Source of the DNA: Cystobasidiomycetes sp. EMM_F5
Taxonomy: Eukaryota
Reading direction: 5' to 3'
Length of the DNA stretch: 64,000 nucleotides
Assembly: GCA_051047955.1 (NCBI GenBank)
Contig: JBPGPT010000003.1
Span: 558,001 to 622,000 of the forward strand
Shown: positions 22,214 to 33,894 of the stretch, piece after piece
Layout of the letters: each line of letters begins with the position of its first letter
How positions within the stretch are numbered: position 1 is the stretch's first letter
Translations under genes and position numbers: made by a program
Notes under the pieces: generated by a model
Seen by the model: the letters and a program-made list of their open reading frames with translations, nothing else
Told to the model about the DNA's origin: nothing
The model's database searches: none

Positions 22214-25200
22214 ATGAGCGCAGCTAGTTGCGCTGGTGCAGTCCAACTGTCTGAATTGCCCCCCGGCTGGAAGACCGACTTTGCCCAATCCTTCGATGGC
22301 ATAGAGCAATCTAGGAAGCGCAGCTCGAGCCTGGTTGGATCGAAGAATCTGGCCAATCTCGAGGGTCGGCTTCGCCAGAGAAGTGTCGACCATCTCCGCG
22401 CTCGTCCCGCTACCCCAGCTCGTCAAGGTGCATCGTCTGCTGAAATTGACGCTCGAATGCCGCTATTTGGCCTCATTGGTGGACGACGTATCTCTCTCAA
22501 AGCTGGGAGCGACGGCAGCGATGCATCACCGGGCAAGCAAAAGATTACCGATGCTGCAAAGGCAAGAGACCGTCGCATCTCTGGAAGAGCCGCCATTGTC
22601 ATTTCTTCGCCACCACAGGTACAGCCAGGTCAGCATGTAGTGCCTGCAGGGAGCAGGACTGGTGTGACTTATGCAGTAGGTAAGATACTCAAGGAGTGAC
22701 ATAGTATGTCTGGTCTTCTGATTGAATACTGACGGTGTCGTTTGCCACTTCTGCGTCAATGACAGGTTCGCCGTTACGCTCCGTACAGAGCAAGACTATC
22801 GGCAGCGCTCATACAGCAAGTTCTAGCGATAGCGACGACCATGAAGTACACCAACAGCGTGCGCGGGCGTATGCTGCCCTGACCGGCGCAAGGCTGGCCA
22901 GTCCCGTGTCGGACGACTCCCACTTCGCCCCGTCTCCCGATCTCTCCATGTATGACAGTGCGACACCTTCGCCCTACACCAGCTACTTTGACGCGACAAT
23001 GTCATCGCCAGAACTTGCTCTTGATAATCGTTCAGCTTGGCTTCCGCTTTCCGCAGCATCGAATGTACATTTCGTTCCGCCCAGCAACTCTCTCGTAGAG
23101 GGCTACCCTCTCGCAAACAAGACCGCTAGACGACGGACTTTGTCCATCAAGCGGGATGCAACCAGGGCGCGCGTCCAATCAGCTGCTGAAGCGTCCTCTG
23201 CTCAAACTCCGCCAAGAAGTCGAGTGCAATCTGCGAATGCTGGCTCTACTGCAATGACATCGGTCGCAGTTCCAAGAGCGCGGCAGGTATACCCTACACA
23301 GTTATTTTCACCCGCAGAAACTTCGAACGTGACACCGCAAGCTAGACGTAAACGCCGAAGTTTGAGTCAAAAAAACTCGCTGATTGCAACCCGACTTGCG
23401 CGAGCTTTCATCATACGCGAATTAGGCGAGAGCTCACTTCTCCGCAGACCGGCTACGCTTCCGCGTGACGAATGGTCTTCTCAGGACGAACAAGAACAGA
23501 AGGAGCTGTGGCTTGCTCTTCACGATGGCGTTCTACTTTGCAGGTAAGTACATGCTTTCTTGTCTTGCTATAGATCGGCTGACTGGAGGTGCTTGAACAG
23601 ACTGCTAAATCGCATACTGCCTGATAGCATTATAGCTGTAGACAGAAGGGACACATCGTCGGCCAAGGCTGCGAACATTGCTGCATTCCTCGCTACAGCA
23701 AAATCTCATCTTCCTCTGCAAACCAATGAATACTTTGAATTGGATCATCTGGTATGTGCGGATCTGCACTGAGCAGACATAGATCTTACTTTGCCCATCA
23801 GCTCTTAGGTCGCCCCGGCGGCTTTGACAGGGTCCTTCATACAGTCTGTGCTATTGCCGAATACACGACCCTCATTTCGCAAGCCAACGCGCACCCGATG
23901 CCACGCATATGCTCGCCGGATCTAACCATGTCAGATTCATCGCCCGTATCGGCATCACATGAATCACGAGGAAGCCCCTTGCCAATGAACATGCGACTCA
24001 TCGACGGCTTTCGATCTGCTGAATCCATTCTGCTCCATTCGCCTCAGACACCCGACGTCCTTAGCAGCAGCGTTCCGGCAAGCTTTAGACCCGATGAACG
24101 AAACAGCATACCAAACCATGCCATCACAGTCCGTGAAGGGTCGTCAGACTCGAGCGGCTCCGAGGGCCTATCGCACTATACTACCTCTGAAGTAGCGTCG
24201 ACCGTCGCGAAGCCGCAAATGATTAGAAGCTCTTCGGGTACGCGTATACGGTTGCGCACCAGCTCGAGACTGTCCGGGGCGATGTCCAAGCCTGCTCAAG
24301 GCGCCGAAGCCGGTGCGGTACCGCGCCGTTCTATTATGGTGCGCTCGACCGGTAGTCCATCCCTAGTTGTGCCTTCGGTTTCGCGCAAGCCCTACTTGGG
24401 CGGGGTATACGGAAACTATCCCGATAAGCGGATGAGTGAGTCAGCGGTGGAAATCATGAGTGTAGTACAAGAAGGCGAAGAAATACCGCGGGCCAGGAGA
24501 GCTGTCAGTGATAAGCCCAAGGCTAGCCTACCACAAGATCTCGATCAGTCTCGCTTGAATGACAGCGTACATTTCGCTTCACCTCCGTTTGTAATTGGCT
24601 CATTCGAAGCAGGGACGGAGCAAGAACGCAAAGACTACTTTGAATTGCCAAGGCAGGAATCGCAAGGCGATTCTGCGTTGAATGCAGCCAATTTAACGTC
24701 TAGGGAAGCTGTTCCGCTTCGGACGACACCGAAAGCGAAAAGACGCGTAACGTCGATGGAGCCTGCCCGAAGATCCATGTCAGCATCGCCAACTCCCAGC
24801 TCGCCCCGCATTAAAGAACCCATAGTCCCCTTCCCAACAAGTGCTGTTGAGCGCAGTCGGACGTCTGTCGGCTATACCTCACAATATGGCGATGCCAGTG
24901 CGGTGAATCACGGAGGAGAGGTTAGCTGCCCGCAGCCTACAAACCAAGAGCCAAGTCAATCCGAGCCACCTTCCGATCTTGAGAATATTCCTGCTCTTGC
25001 ATCGCCTCGTCGACACCACAAACGCTGGAATTCAGATGTGCACCACGCCACACCTCTGGCTAACAGAGCGGAGCCTCAACAGCGAAGATCCAGGCATGAC
25101 AGCTACATGTCGCCGTCCCAGCACGACGATGAAGCATTCTTTGCCAACGAGCTTCGACTCTCTCGCAAACCCAATCCTTCACGACGCCGTAGTATGGACA

Positions 25201-27343
25201 AGGCTGCTGCAGAGGCATCACGACAGAGAATTGTGGTGGAAGAGCAGGGAAAGCGCCCGGTGACATATGTGAGCGCAACTTACCATAGTACGTCTAGTAT
25301 GTACTAAATCACTTGTTTGGCAGCAACTTGGAGAATGCATTGGACGTGGACAATTCGGTTCCGTCTACCGTGCTCTAAATGTGTCAACAGGTGGCGTAGT
25401 TGCTATCAAGCGAATCAAACTTGCTGGCAAAACAGAGGACGAAATAGTCCAGCTTCAGCAAGAGGTGTACTTGCTGAAGAGCTTGTCGCATCCCAGTATT
25501 GTCAAATACGAGGGCCTTGTGCGGACCGATCAGCATATCAACATAGTCCTCGAGTAAGAAGCTACAAATTGCATGCACCATCCCTGCTGATCTAAGCGCT
25601 TCTCAGATATGTCGAGAATGGCTCCCTGCATCGCTCCTTGACGATGTTTGGTCTCATGCCCGAGACACTCATTGCTAGTTACGTTCTCCAGATTCTGGAA
25701 GGTCTAGATTATCTGCACAGTGTGCGCGTAATTCATCGAGACCTGAAAGCTGCAAACATATTGTCGACCAAAACGGGCAATATCAAGTTGTCAGACTTTG
25801 GCGTGTCTTTGCAATTGAGTGCGATTCAGGCAACCATCGTCAATGCGGAAGCGACTGGCACACCAAATTGGAGTAAGCGGAAGCTGTCACGGCTTTGATA
25901 TTTGCTGACGGTCCCGCAGTGGCTCCGGAAGTGATCAAACTAGAGCGCGTTACGTATGCCAGCGACATCTGGTCGCTAGCTTGCGTTGTGGTTGAATTGC
26001 TTACGGGGAAGCCGCCATACGCCGAGTACCTGGCGATGTCTGCATTGTACAAGATCGTAGAAGACGAAATGGTCCTGCCAAGGTGCTCCCCAGAGCTTCA
26101 AGATTTCTTGAGAAGGTGCTTCGCCAAAGATCCGAAGGCGAGACCATCTGCGCGGCAGCTATTCGAGCATCCTTGGTTACAGAATTACTGGCAGACTTCA
26201 AAGGTTGGTAGTTTCCGTTTTACACAACTCGCTGCTCACGAATATCGTTCCGTCAGAAAAAGCAAAACCTGCGACCGCAAGACAGCATTCCGTTCCTGCG
26301 CAGAGTGGATCTACTTGGTTTCTCGCACGGTGTTGGCATGAGTGAGAACGACGTATCTGTGGCTGCCGATGGTCTGCCAGAACTCGCTCGCTCAATCTCT
26401 TCCCCTGGAGAAGCCAGTGTCTCCTATGAGGATTCGTTGGCTTCGGTATCGGATCTCTCTAGACCAAAGTACGATCGTGTGCAGATCGCGACTCAGGAGG
26501 ATTCCGCAATGGACTCGGTTGGCTACCTTCCCTTGTCAGAGACGGAAGCTTTACATACCAAGAAGGCGATGGCTGATGCACCGATGCAGCGGCAGGCTTC
26601 TCGGTCCTCAACTTCAGATTCTGCGCGTATTCCCCCAAGGATGCACTCTTTCGTAAAGTCATCCTTTCACAAGCGTAAGTAGCATTTCCCTACTTTGTTT
26701 CACAGTCTGATCTTATGTATCAATAGCTATCGGGTGCAAGCTCTGCAGAGACGACATCAAGAAGTACGCCGTAATCTGCGAGAATTGTGGCGTCATATGC
26801 CATGCCAAATGCAAAGAATTTGTCCCGATACCATGCGACTTCAAGTCCAACATCTTGCAAACACCAATGTCCTCGCCCGTTGCGGCGGTTACAGCATCCG
26901 GACGACCGCAGCTGGCTGCGCAACCGATCTCACCACACCCAGCGAAGAAATTTGGAGTCTCGAAACCCAGGCTCTTCAGATTCTCGACTTCTAATGCTAA
27001 TGATGATTCACAGTGGGCACAAGCTCATCGACGGGTATCTACGGGGAACAATACACGTGGCGTTCTTCTATCACGCAGTATCACAGACTCGCCGCGTCAT
27101 AGCGGTTCAGGCCGTCTGCTCCGCCCGCTGTCGATGACAAGCGATGGAAGCCATGATGCCGTCAGTAGTCCAGCGAGCTCGGTCGAAATACCCTTACCCG
27201 TCAACAAACCTGTCACGGACACTTCTGATAACGTACAAAATGCATCGCGAATCAATCGCACTAGCTTCTCTGGTAGCAAGCTTGCAAGCGCCAAACCCGG
27301 AAAGCGGGCTGGGGAGAGCTCGAGCGATTGTATTGTCTCATAG
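22214..27343 (+). CDS. STE-group (Cdc15/SepH-like) Ser/Thr kinase with N-terminal CH-like domain, C1 domain and C-terminal CaaX
   Basis: [16 protein letters not shown] (CH-like); [44 protein letters not shown] (kinase); HSF...CKLC...[12 protein letters not shown]...C (C1); ends DCIVS-stop. Start codon is less certain. Confidence 0.88.
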
Positions 27344-27600
27344 TCTGCTTGGAACTGAATCCATACACGTACTGCAACGCTCATTCAGACCCACTTCATC
27401 TTGTAGATAAGATACACTGCTACATCACGATGCGATACATGTCGAGCGTTACGAAGTTGTGATAGGCGAGCTAGCCAGACGCGATAATCCACATATGAAA
27501 GAGGTCCGTGATCTTGCTGAAGAAGTGTTGCCACCGGTGGAGATTGCTTGTTTCTGTCAAGCAATGTTGAGCTTCGACTACTGCGAACCCTGACACAACT

Positions 27601-29941
27601 ATGCCTGAAGCCAAGAAAGTGTTGGTCATTGGCGGGGGCGCTGGCGGTCTTGTCACGTTGAAGACCATTCTGGATGCCAGCCGGTCGGACCCTGAACACC
27701 CGCTGGATCCCATTCTCATCGAAGCAGAAGCTAAAATCGGAGGCACATTTCTCTATCGACGCTATGAGAATGCAGAGCTCGTATCGTCTCGACAGCTGAC
27801 AGCTTTCAGCGATTTCCGGATACCTCCCTCCAAGAAGGGCACACACGGCGACCACATCTCCCTAGAAGCATACGTTGAATACCTCCAGGTTCGTTACAAT
27901 TGGTTACTTAGGACTTCTTGAGCTGATTAGGCTATGACTGCAGAGCTATGTAAAACATTTTGATCTCAACGGCGGAGTTGGCTGGGATGGTCAAGCTGGC
28001 CGTTTCAGGATGAATACCCGTGTCGTCAGGATCGAGAAAGACGTGTCTGGAAAGCATCGCGTCCACCTACGAAGAAGACGAGTTCCGTTGAGCCGACCTG
28101 ACTCTGGAACTAATTTGGCCGACAATGCTGTCGAAATCAGTTCAGATGGTACGCCTTAATCGTTGGTCTGCCTTGCGAAATTTGCCTGACGCGTCGTTTC
28201 CAGAATACACGCTGCTTGCGGATGCTATTGCCATAAGCAGCGGTCTCCATGTCACTCCTGCTATCCCCGATCTACCTGGGCTCGAACAACTTCAAGAAAG
28301 TTTCCATAGCAGTGCTTACAAGGGCAGGTCACAGCTCGTCGGAAAGCGCGTCATGATACTTGGCTGCGGGGAGACGGCTATGGATCTGGCCTATGAAAGC
28401 TGCAAAGCCGGGGCAACGGAAGTAACGTTGTGTCATCGTGGAGGCTATCTGTCTTTTCCGAAAGTGCTCAACTCGTTCGAACTATTTGGCATGCGCTTTG
28501 ATGGCGAATTACCTATAGATGGCCTCATCACAAATCTGTTCGAAACAGCTTACGTGCACCGATGGGTGAAGAGGTCTCACTTGAGATGGTTTGTTTCTGA
28601 TTTTGTCATCAAGCGAGTATTGTGGTTCATGACAGGAACACAAGCCGGGTGCAATCAATGGTAAGTTCTTTCCGTCAGTCGGCCGCACTGAGCCCTCTGA
28701 CACGCATCATTTGCAGGGTTGGCGAGCTTCCCCCAGAACGCTTAGGGCGTGCATACGTCTTGTGAGTGGTATCGTGTATTACGACTGTGGGAAACAATAC
28801 ACTGATACCATCAATGACAATCAGTCTCAACAAGAGTCATAAAGCTCAATGCTACATTAATAAGCCCTATAAGCCTGCACGGTCATGGCTCAACCTAATC
28901 TCGCGATACTCTGATCCTCCGGAAGACCTGAACAATCCCATTCATGTCGATCTGGCACCTTTCCCTACACATATCAGAGAAGATGGTTCGGTAGCGTTCG
29001 GAAACTCGCGCGATGGGCGTAAAGAAGCTATACGAATGAAGGATCGAGTAGTGAAACCGGAAGTCCTTATCATGGCGACCGGATATAGGCAGTCCTGGGA
29101 TTGGCTGGGCGAGGGCTACGCGAAAGGTCCACAAGATGTGGATACTCTCGAGATGTTGGATTCGAAAGACATCTCAACATGCTGGATAGGTCATGTCAGA
29201 CCAGGAGTCGTAGGTCATAGCATTTGTGAAAGTGAACGCCATGTGCTGATGTCTTCCTTTGCAGGGCGCGATTCCGCCAATAGCGGAAGAACAGGCTATG
29301 TTATGGGCGCTACTGTTACAAGGAAGGGTGCCTGTCCCGAAGGATCCTGGTCACTACCGGCTTCTTGCCGCTAAGAAAGCACGCATTCAGGTACCAGAAC
29401 GCAAGGCGCTCTGCGACCTTTGCTCGCTGCTTACTCTGCACTCTCATCACAGTACGGCGTTGATCACTCCACGTACTCTCATGCGCTAGCGGTAGCCTTT
29501 GGTGGTGCGCCTTCATTGTGGGAATTATACACGCAGTACGGAATGCAGGTCCTTATGGCCTATTGTTTTGGTGCAGGTGAGCCGAGCGTTCCTGTTGCAT
29601 GCTGTCTTGGCTAACATGGCAGTATGACCAGCGTTCACGCCATTCTATCGACTCGTGGGCCCCTATCGGTCTCCTACCGCGCCGGGAATCATCAAAACTG
29701 AAATATGGGAAGTGATTTGCCGGAGAGGGTTGCTAGGTAACCTTTTCATGGGTTTGGTAGGTCTACCGGAGTCCCAAGGGTTTTTCAAGCTGATCCCGTT
29801 TCTTGATCCTGCCAGATACCCATGATTTTCTACGGAATCGTGTCAGGTATCGCACTGTTGCTGGAATCCATATGGCTGCTTGCGAAGAGCGTGGGTATAG
29901 AAATCCCACTACCCGCAGTCTTGCGCGAGGACATCTCGTGA
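27601..29941 (+). CDS. Flavin-containing monooxygenase (FMO-like, class B)
   Basis: VIGGGAGGL, GGTF, YENAELVSS, FSDF, FHSSAYK, ILGCGETAMD, ATGY; hydrophobic C-terminal exon ending REDIS-TGA. Confidence 0.9.
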
Positions 29942-30920
29942 TTGGCGCTTCCCCAATCTGTCGTTTTTGTCAAGAAGGCCGTGTTGAAGAGCATAGGACA
30001 AGAAGGCGTTTGGCAATGCCGCTTCGACAAGCACGCGTGTATGCTTTCCAGATCTAGTCCAAGTCTAACTAAGAGTCAGCCAGTATCGATGGCCTAAACA
30101 TCACTCGCAGACTGACATCGAAACCCAGCTGGTGACAATGCAACAGATGCCCTTCCATCTGCGGTCCGAGGTAGCCGTACTTGAAGTCCCCAATGATCGG
30201 CGCGTGTAACATCATGCTGCATTGTATTCGCAATTGATGCTTGCGACCAGTCAACGGCGAAAGCTGAAGAAGCGAAAGTTCGCCTTGATGACGCAGGCGT
30301 TTCCAGGTAGTCGAAGCAGGTTTGCCTTCGGTGCCGGGCGCTGGCGACGTGCGTGAAGCGTCAATGGCTAGGTTTTTCGACTTTGCGGAGAGCGAGCGCA
30401 GATACCTAGCATTGGACCACGTTCTGTCAATGTGAATCGACAATCGAGAGTACCGCCTTCACCGGCAGACCAGATTTGCGTGGATCTGACAATTGCGAGG
30501 TATTGCTTGTGGATTGCATTGCGACTGAAGGCAAGGCTGAGATTGCGGCTGACGGGAAGTGATTTTGCCAATATCAAGGCACCGCTAGTCGACTGATGGG
30601 TTGAGTCAGATGGAATGCGACAGATCTGCCTATCCAAGACCCGTCTTACGCAACTGAGTCCAAGCGATGCACCGGTCTCAATTGATTTCCGTCATTGTGC
30701 CGTTCGGCGAGATCTGAAATGGCATGGCGCATCATGAGCGTGCCTCACAATACAGCTATCTAGAAGCTCCCTCACCTGCCAGACTCTCCTCCCATGCTCT
30801 ACTGGATGGCTGGTACGGTCTGCCTTGCAAACTGAATCCGACTGGCTTGTTGACTACAATCTGCCGGGCATCTTGATAGAGCACCTCCAGCTGATGCACA
30901 GCGGCTCTTGACACAGTCAT
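29909..30920 (-). CDS. RluA-family pseudouridine synthase (Pus5-like)
   Basis: VLYQDARQIVVNKPVG, PVHRLD-S-STSGALILAK, KQYLAIV, LTGRKHQLR, PIIGDFKYG, LLHC. Confidence 0.88.
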
Positions 30921-31284
30921 GGAGCGCTACTTTGCTGAAATCCACGGCCATTCGAAGTAACGCGTATAGACGGTCTCGGCCAAGAATCGGGCAGTATAAT
31001 ATCAATGGCCAAGTCAAGACAGAGTTCCAGCGAGCACTGCCTTGAGAAATGCTGCAGGCTTCTTAATGATCGTGCAAATCCTACGCAGCTTCCATCATCG
31101 TTTGCACTGCAAATCGCAATATGCCGCCCAAGCCTATTCCGCCGTAAGGATGCCGTCATCGACTTTCGCAAGCAAAAATTAAAGGTCACTTCTTGAAGCG
31201 TGAAAGCGCAAGGAGGATGACAGCTTCTCTTCCACCCAACCCTTCCACTCTCGACAATTGAATTCCGTCGCTTTAGCAGACAAT

Positions 31285-32408
31285 ATGTTCTTCAAACCCT
31301 CGCTCATTCTCGCTGTCGCTGCCAGTGTGGCGGCATCACCCGTAAAGAGGCAACAGTCTAGCCCGGTAGCCAGCCCGGCGCAGACGACAGCTCTTTTGAC
31401 GACTACTTTGGCAAGCATCACCGACACTGCGAGCATCTCGTCACTTGTTTCTTCCGCAGCTTCTTCCATCTCCTCGGCTGTTTCCTCCGTCGCCAGCTCC
31501 GCTGCAAGCAATACGACTACTGCTCCTGCTCCCACTGGCACTGCACAGACTAGTTCAAATCAAACTCTTCCGTACGGTTGCCCGACAGGATACTCTTTGA
31601 CATATGTGTATGTCTTGCCATCTGTATCTCTTGATTTCACGATTTATACTGACATCCCCACTTGTGAAGTCTTGGCACCAACACCTATCCGGCCATTAAC
31701 ATCACGACCGCTTACAATGCGCTGTTCAACTGGAACTTGGCACTACCTCCGCCTATCATGCTCGTCAATCAGACTGGCAGCGGTCCCGGCGTCGCTCAGC
31801 GGACATGGTCGTTGAACAACCTTACAGTCTCTGAACTTTTGACAAATCAGACTACCAACCAGTCAACGGGCTACTTGGAAGAGATCTGGGTGACAACTGC
31901 CGCCGTTAACGTCACCCCATCGCTCATCATCAGCAATGCCACCAGCGATCTCACAGTCTTCCAGAACGGCACCACCCCAAACAACGTTACGACCGTACAG
32001 CTCTACGTCAATTTCTGCGCCTCGGCGCAGGACGCAGGTCTCACCTTCTATTCTCAAATCGTTTCCAGCTATCTCACTGGTCTAAATGCTCTCTTCCTGA
32101 ATGCTACCAATCCTACTGCGGCTAGTAACACTACAGCCGGCGTTGCCTCAACCGCGGCAAGCTCTGCAAGCGGTGTCTCTTCTAGCATTTCCTCTGGTGT
32201 AGCAGGCGCAACCTCTACTGTAGCTTCCGGTGTCACGGGTGCCGTTACCACAGCTATTTCTGGTGCTTCGAGCGTGCTCAGCACCGCAGTAGGTGGTGCA
32301 ACATCTGTCGCATCAGCCGGAGTCAGCGGGGCTACTTCCATCGTCTCAGCTGGTGTCGGAGGCGCTTCATCCATCGGCAGCGTCGTTGCTGGCCCCTTCA
32401 CGGCATGA
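31285..32408 (+). CDS. Secreted Ser/Thr-rich glycoprotein with a central globular (possibly SRPBCC-like) domain and C-terminal 11-aa repeats
   Basis: Signal peptide MFFKPSLILAVAASVAA, Kex2-type KR site, many N-x-S/T sequons, two Cys, one intron at ~31606-31669. Confidence 0.75.
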
Positions 32409-32682
32409 AGCATCCCGTCAATTTTCTTTTCCAGCAACGCGAGCATCGCTCAGTCCCAATTATACACGCCGACCATGGACAATGCGGTATATAAGCATAC
32501 ACGCTACCGTATCTTACTTCATTATTCTTGGATATGACATGTCGTATCCCTTTGTAGCCAATAGACCATAACCAAAATAGCAGCAGTCGTTTCATAATGC
32601 AATCTTAGACGCGACAGCCACTACAGGTCATTTCTGGAACTTTGCGATAGCTTCATCACACGATCTACACTGCTGCCATTGT

Positions 32683-33755
32683 TTAATTCCCGTAAATGCT
32701 TTGTGCACCCGTCCAGCGGTGACCGGGCTTTATGGAAATTAGATCCACTACGCTGCCCGGTTCAATGCACACAAAGTGTTTCCAGCCGTATTCTTCAAAC
32801 TCTGGCCAGTCCTTGTTGAGCGACATCCCTGGATTCCAGGTAGTTAAGTTTACTATTGCAATACGAAGTCAGTTTTCTTACGCATAGATCGTGCTTAAGA
32901 CACTCTTACCAAGATTTTCAGTCTCGATGCGTACACCTCGTCCCGATTGACCAAAGACAGCTTCCACCTTGTCCGGTTTCGTGAACCATACATTATCAGT
33001 AGGTCCATCCCAGGCAAAGTCGGGTTGCTCCAATGTACGGTGTTCGAAATTGTTGATCTTGTCAATGTACTTGCGCCCTTGCAGGGACTTGCGAACGACC
33101 ACATCCTTGGGCATAACGCCTTCTGGCAAGTGGAAGTAATTGTGAAAGAGAGCGTGGAACTCGAGAGGAACGGACGCGGAGTCCGGGTTGATGACAGTTA
33201 GCGAGCATTCCAGTCTTTCTTGCGAGAGCTAGTAGAGCAAGTCAATTTCACATCATTTGTTTCTGCAATGCTTCATCCCATTACCTTCACAGTGTATTCC
33301 AGTCGAAAGTCGGGTTCGTACATTTTTCGGATGTCATCATTTGGCTCAAGGACTGCTTGTGCCTGTCAGTAGAGATTTCCAACACGTTGAAAAGACGCAC
33401 AGAAGCGAGCAGATGCATCATCTGTCTTGTCCAACAGCTTCCAGTGAAACCTCATTGCGAAGCCGTGAAGCCTCAATTTTCCGAATTGTCCTTCTGACGG
33501 GGGTTCTCTGCGCCACACATTAGTCGTTTATCCATAAAGCGACTCACCATAGACGTACCCGAATACCGGCCAGACGATGGGAATACCGGCACACATGCAG
33601 GAAGGACCAGCCTTATCGAGCGGTGAGGTGCTGCTCCGCCAAAGCCTGTCTACCCCATCTTCGCCGATGTACGAAGTGACGGTCGCGCCGAACAATGAAA
33701 TGGTTGCTCTGGATCTGCCGGATTCCAAGTGCACGAAACCTCCTGCGTCAGCCAT
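32683..33755 (-). CDS. Aldose 1-epimerase / glucose-6-phosphate 1-epimerase family enzyme
   Basis: ATISLFGATVTSY, GIPIVWPVFG, HG/FA, LFHNYF, WNPG, FVCIEPG. Confidence 0.88.
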
Positions 33756-33894
33756 TGCGGTAGATGGCAAAGAAACAGTTGCAGGTGGGATACGGGTCAA
33801 AAGGTCGGCGTAACGCGTTGCGGAATTGGACACGTGACATGGATTTGGACCGACGTGCATCAAAACGGAACAGACTGAGACCGTCACTACCTTA

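Noticed and set aside
25873..25898. Intron read-through ORF of the kinase ends in SRL (PTS1-like)
   Set aside because: It would truncate the kinase mid-domain; most likely a chance product of intron sequence.
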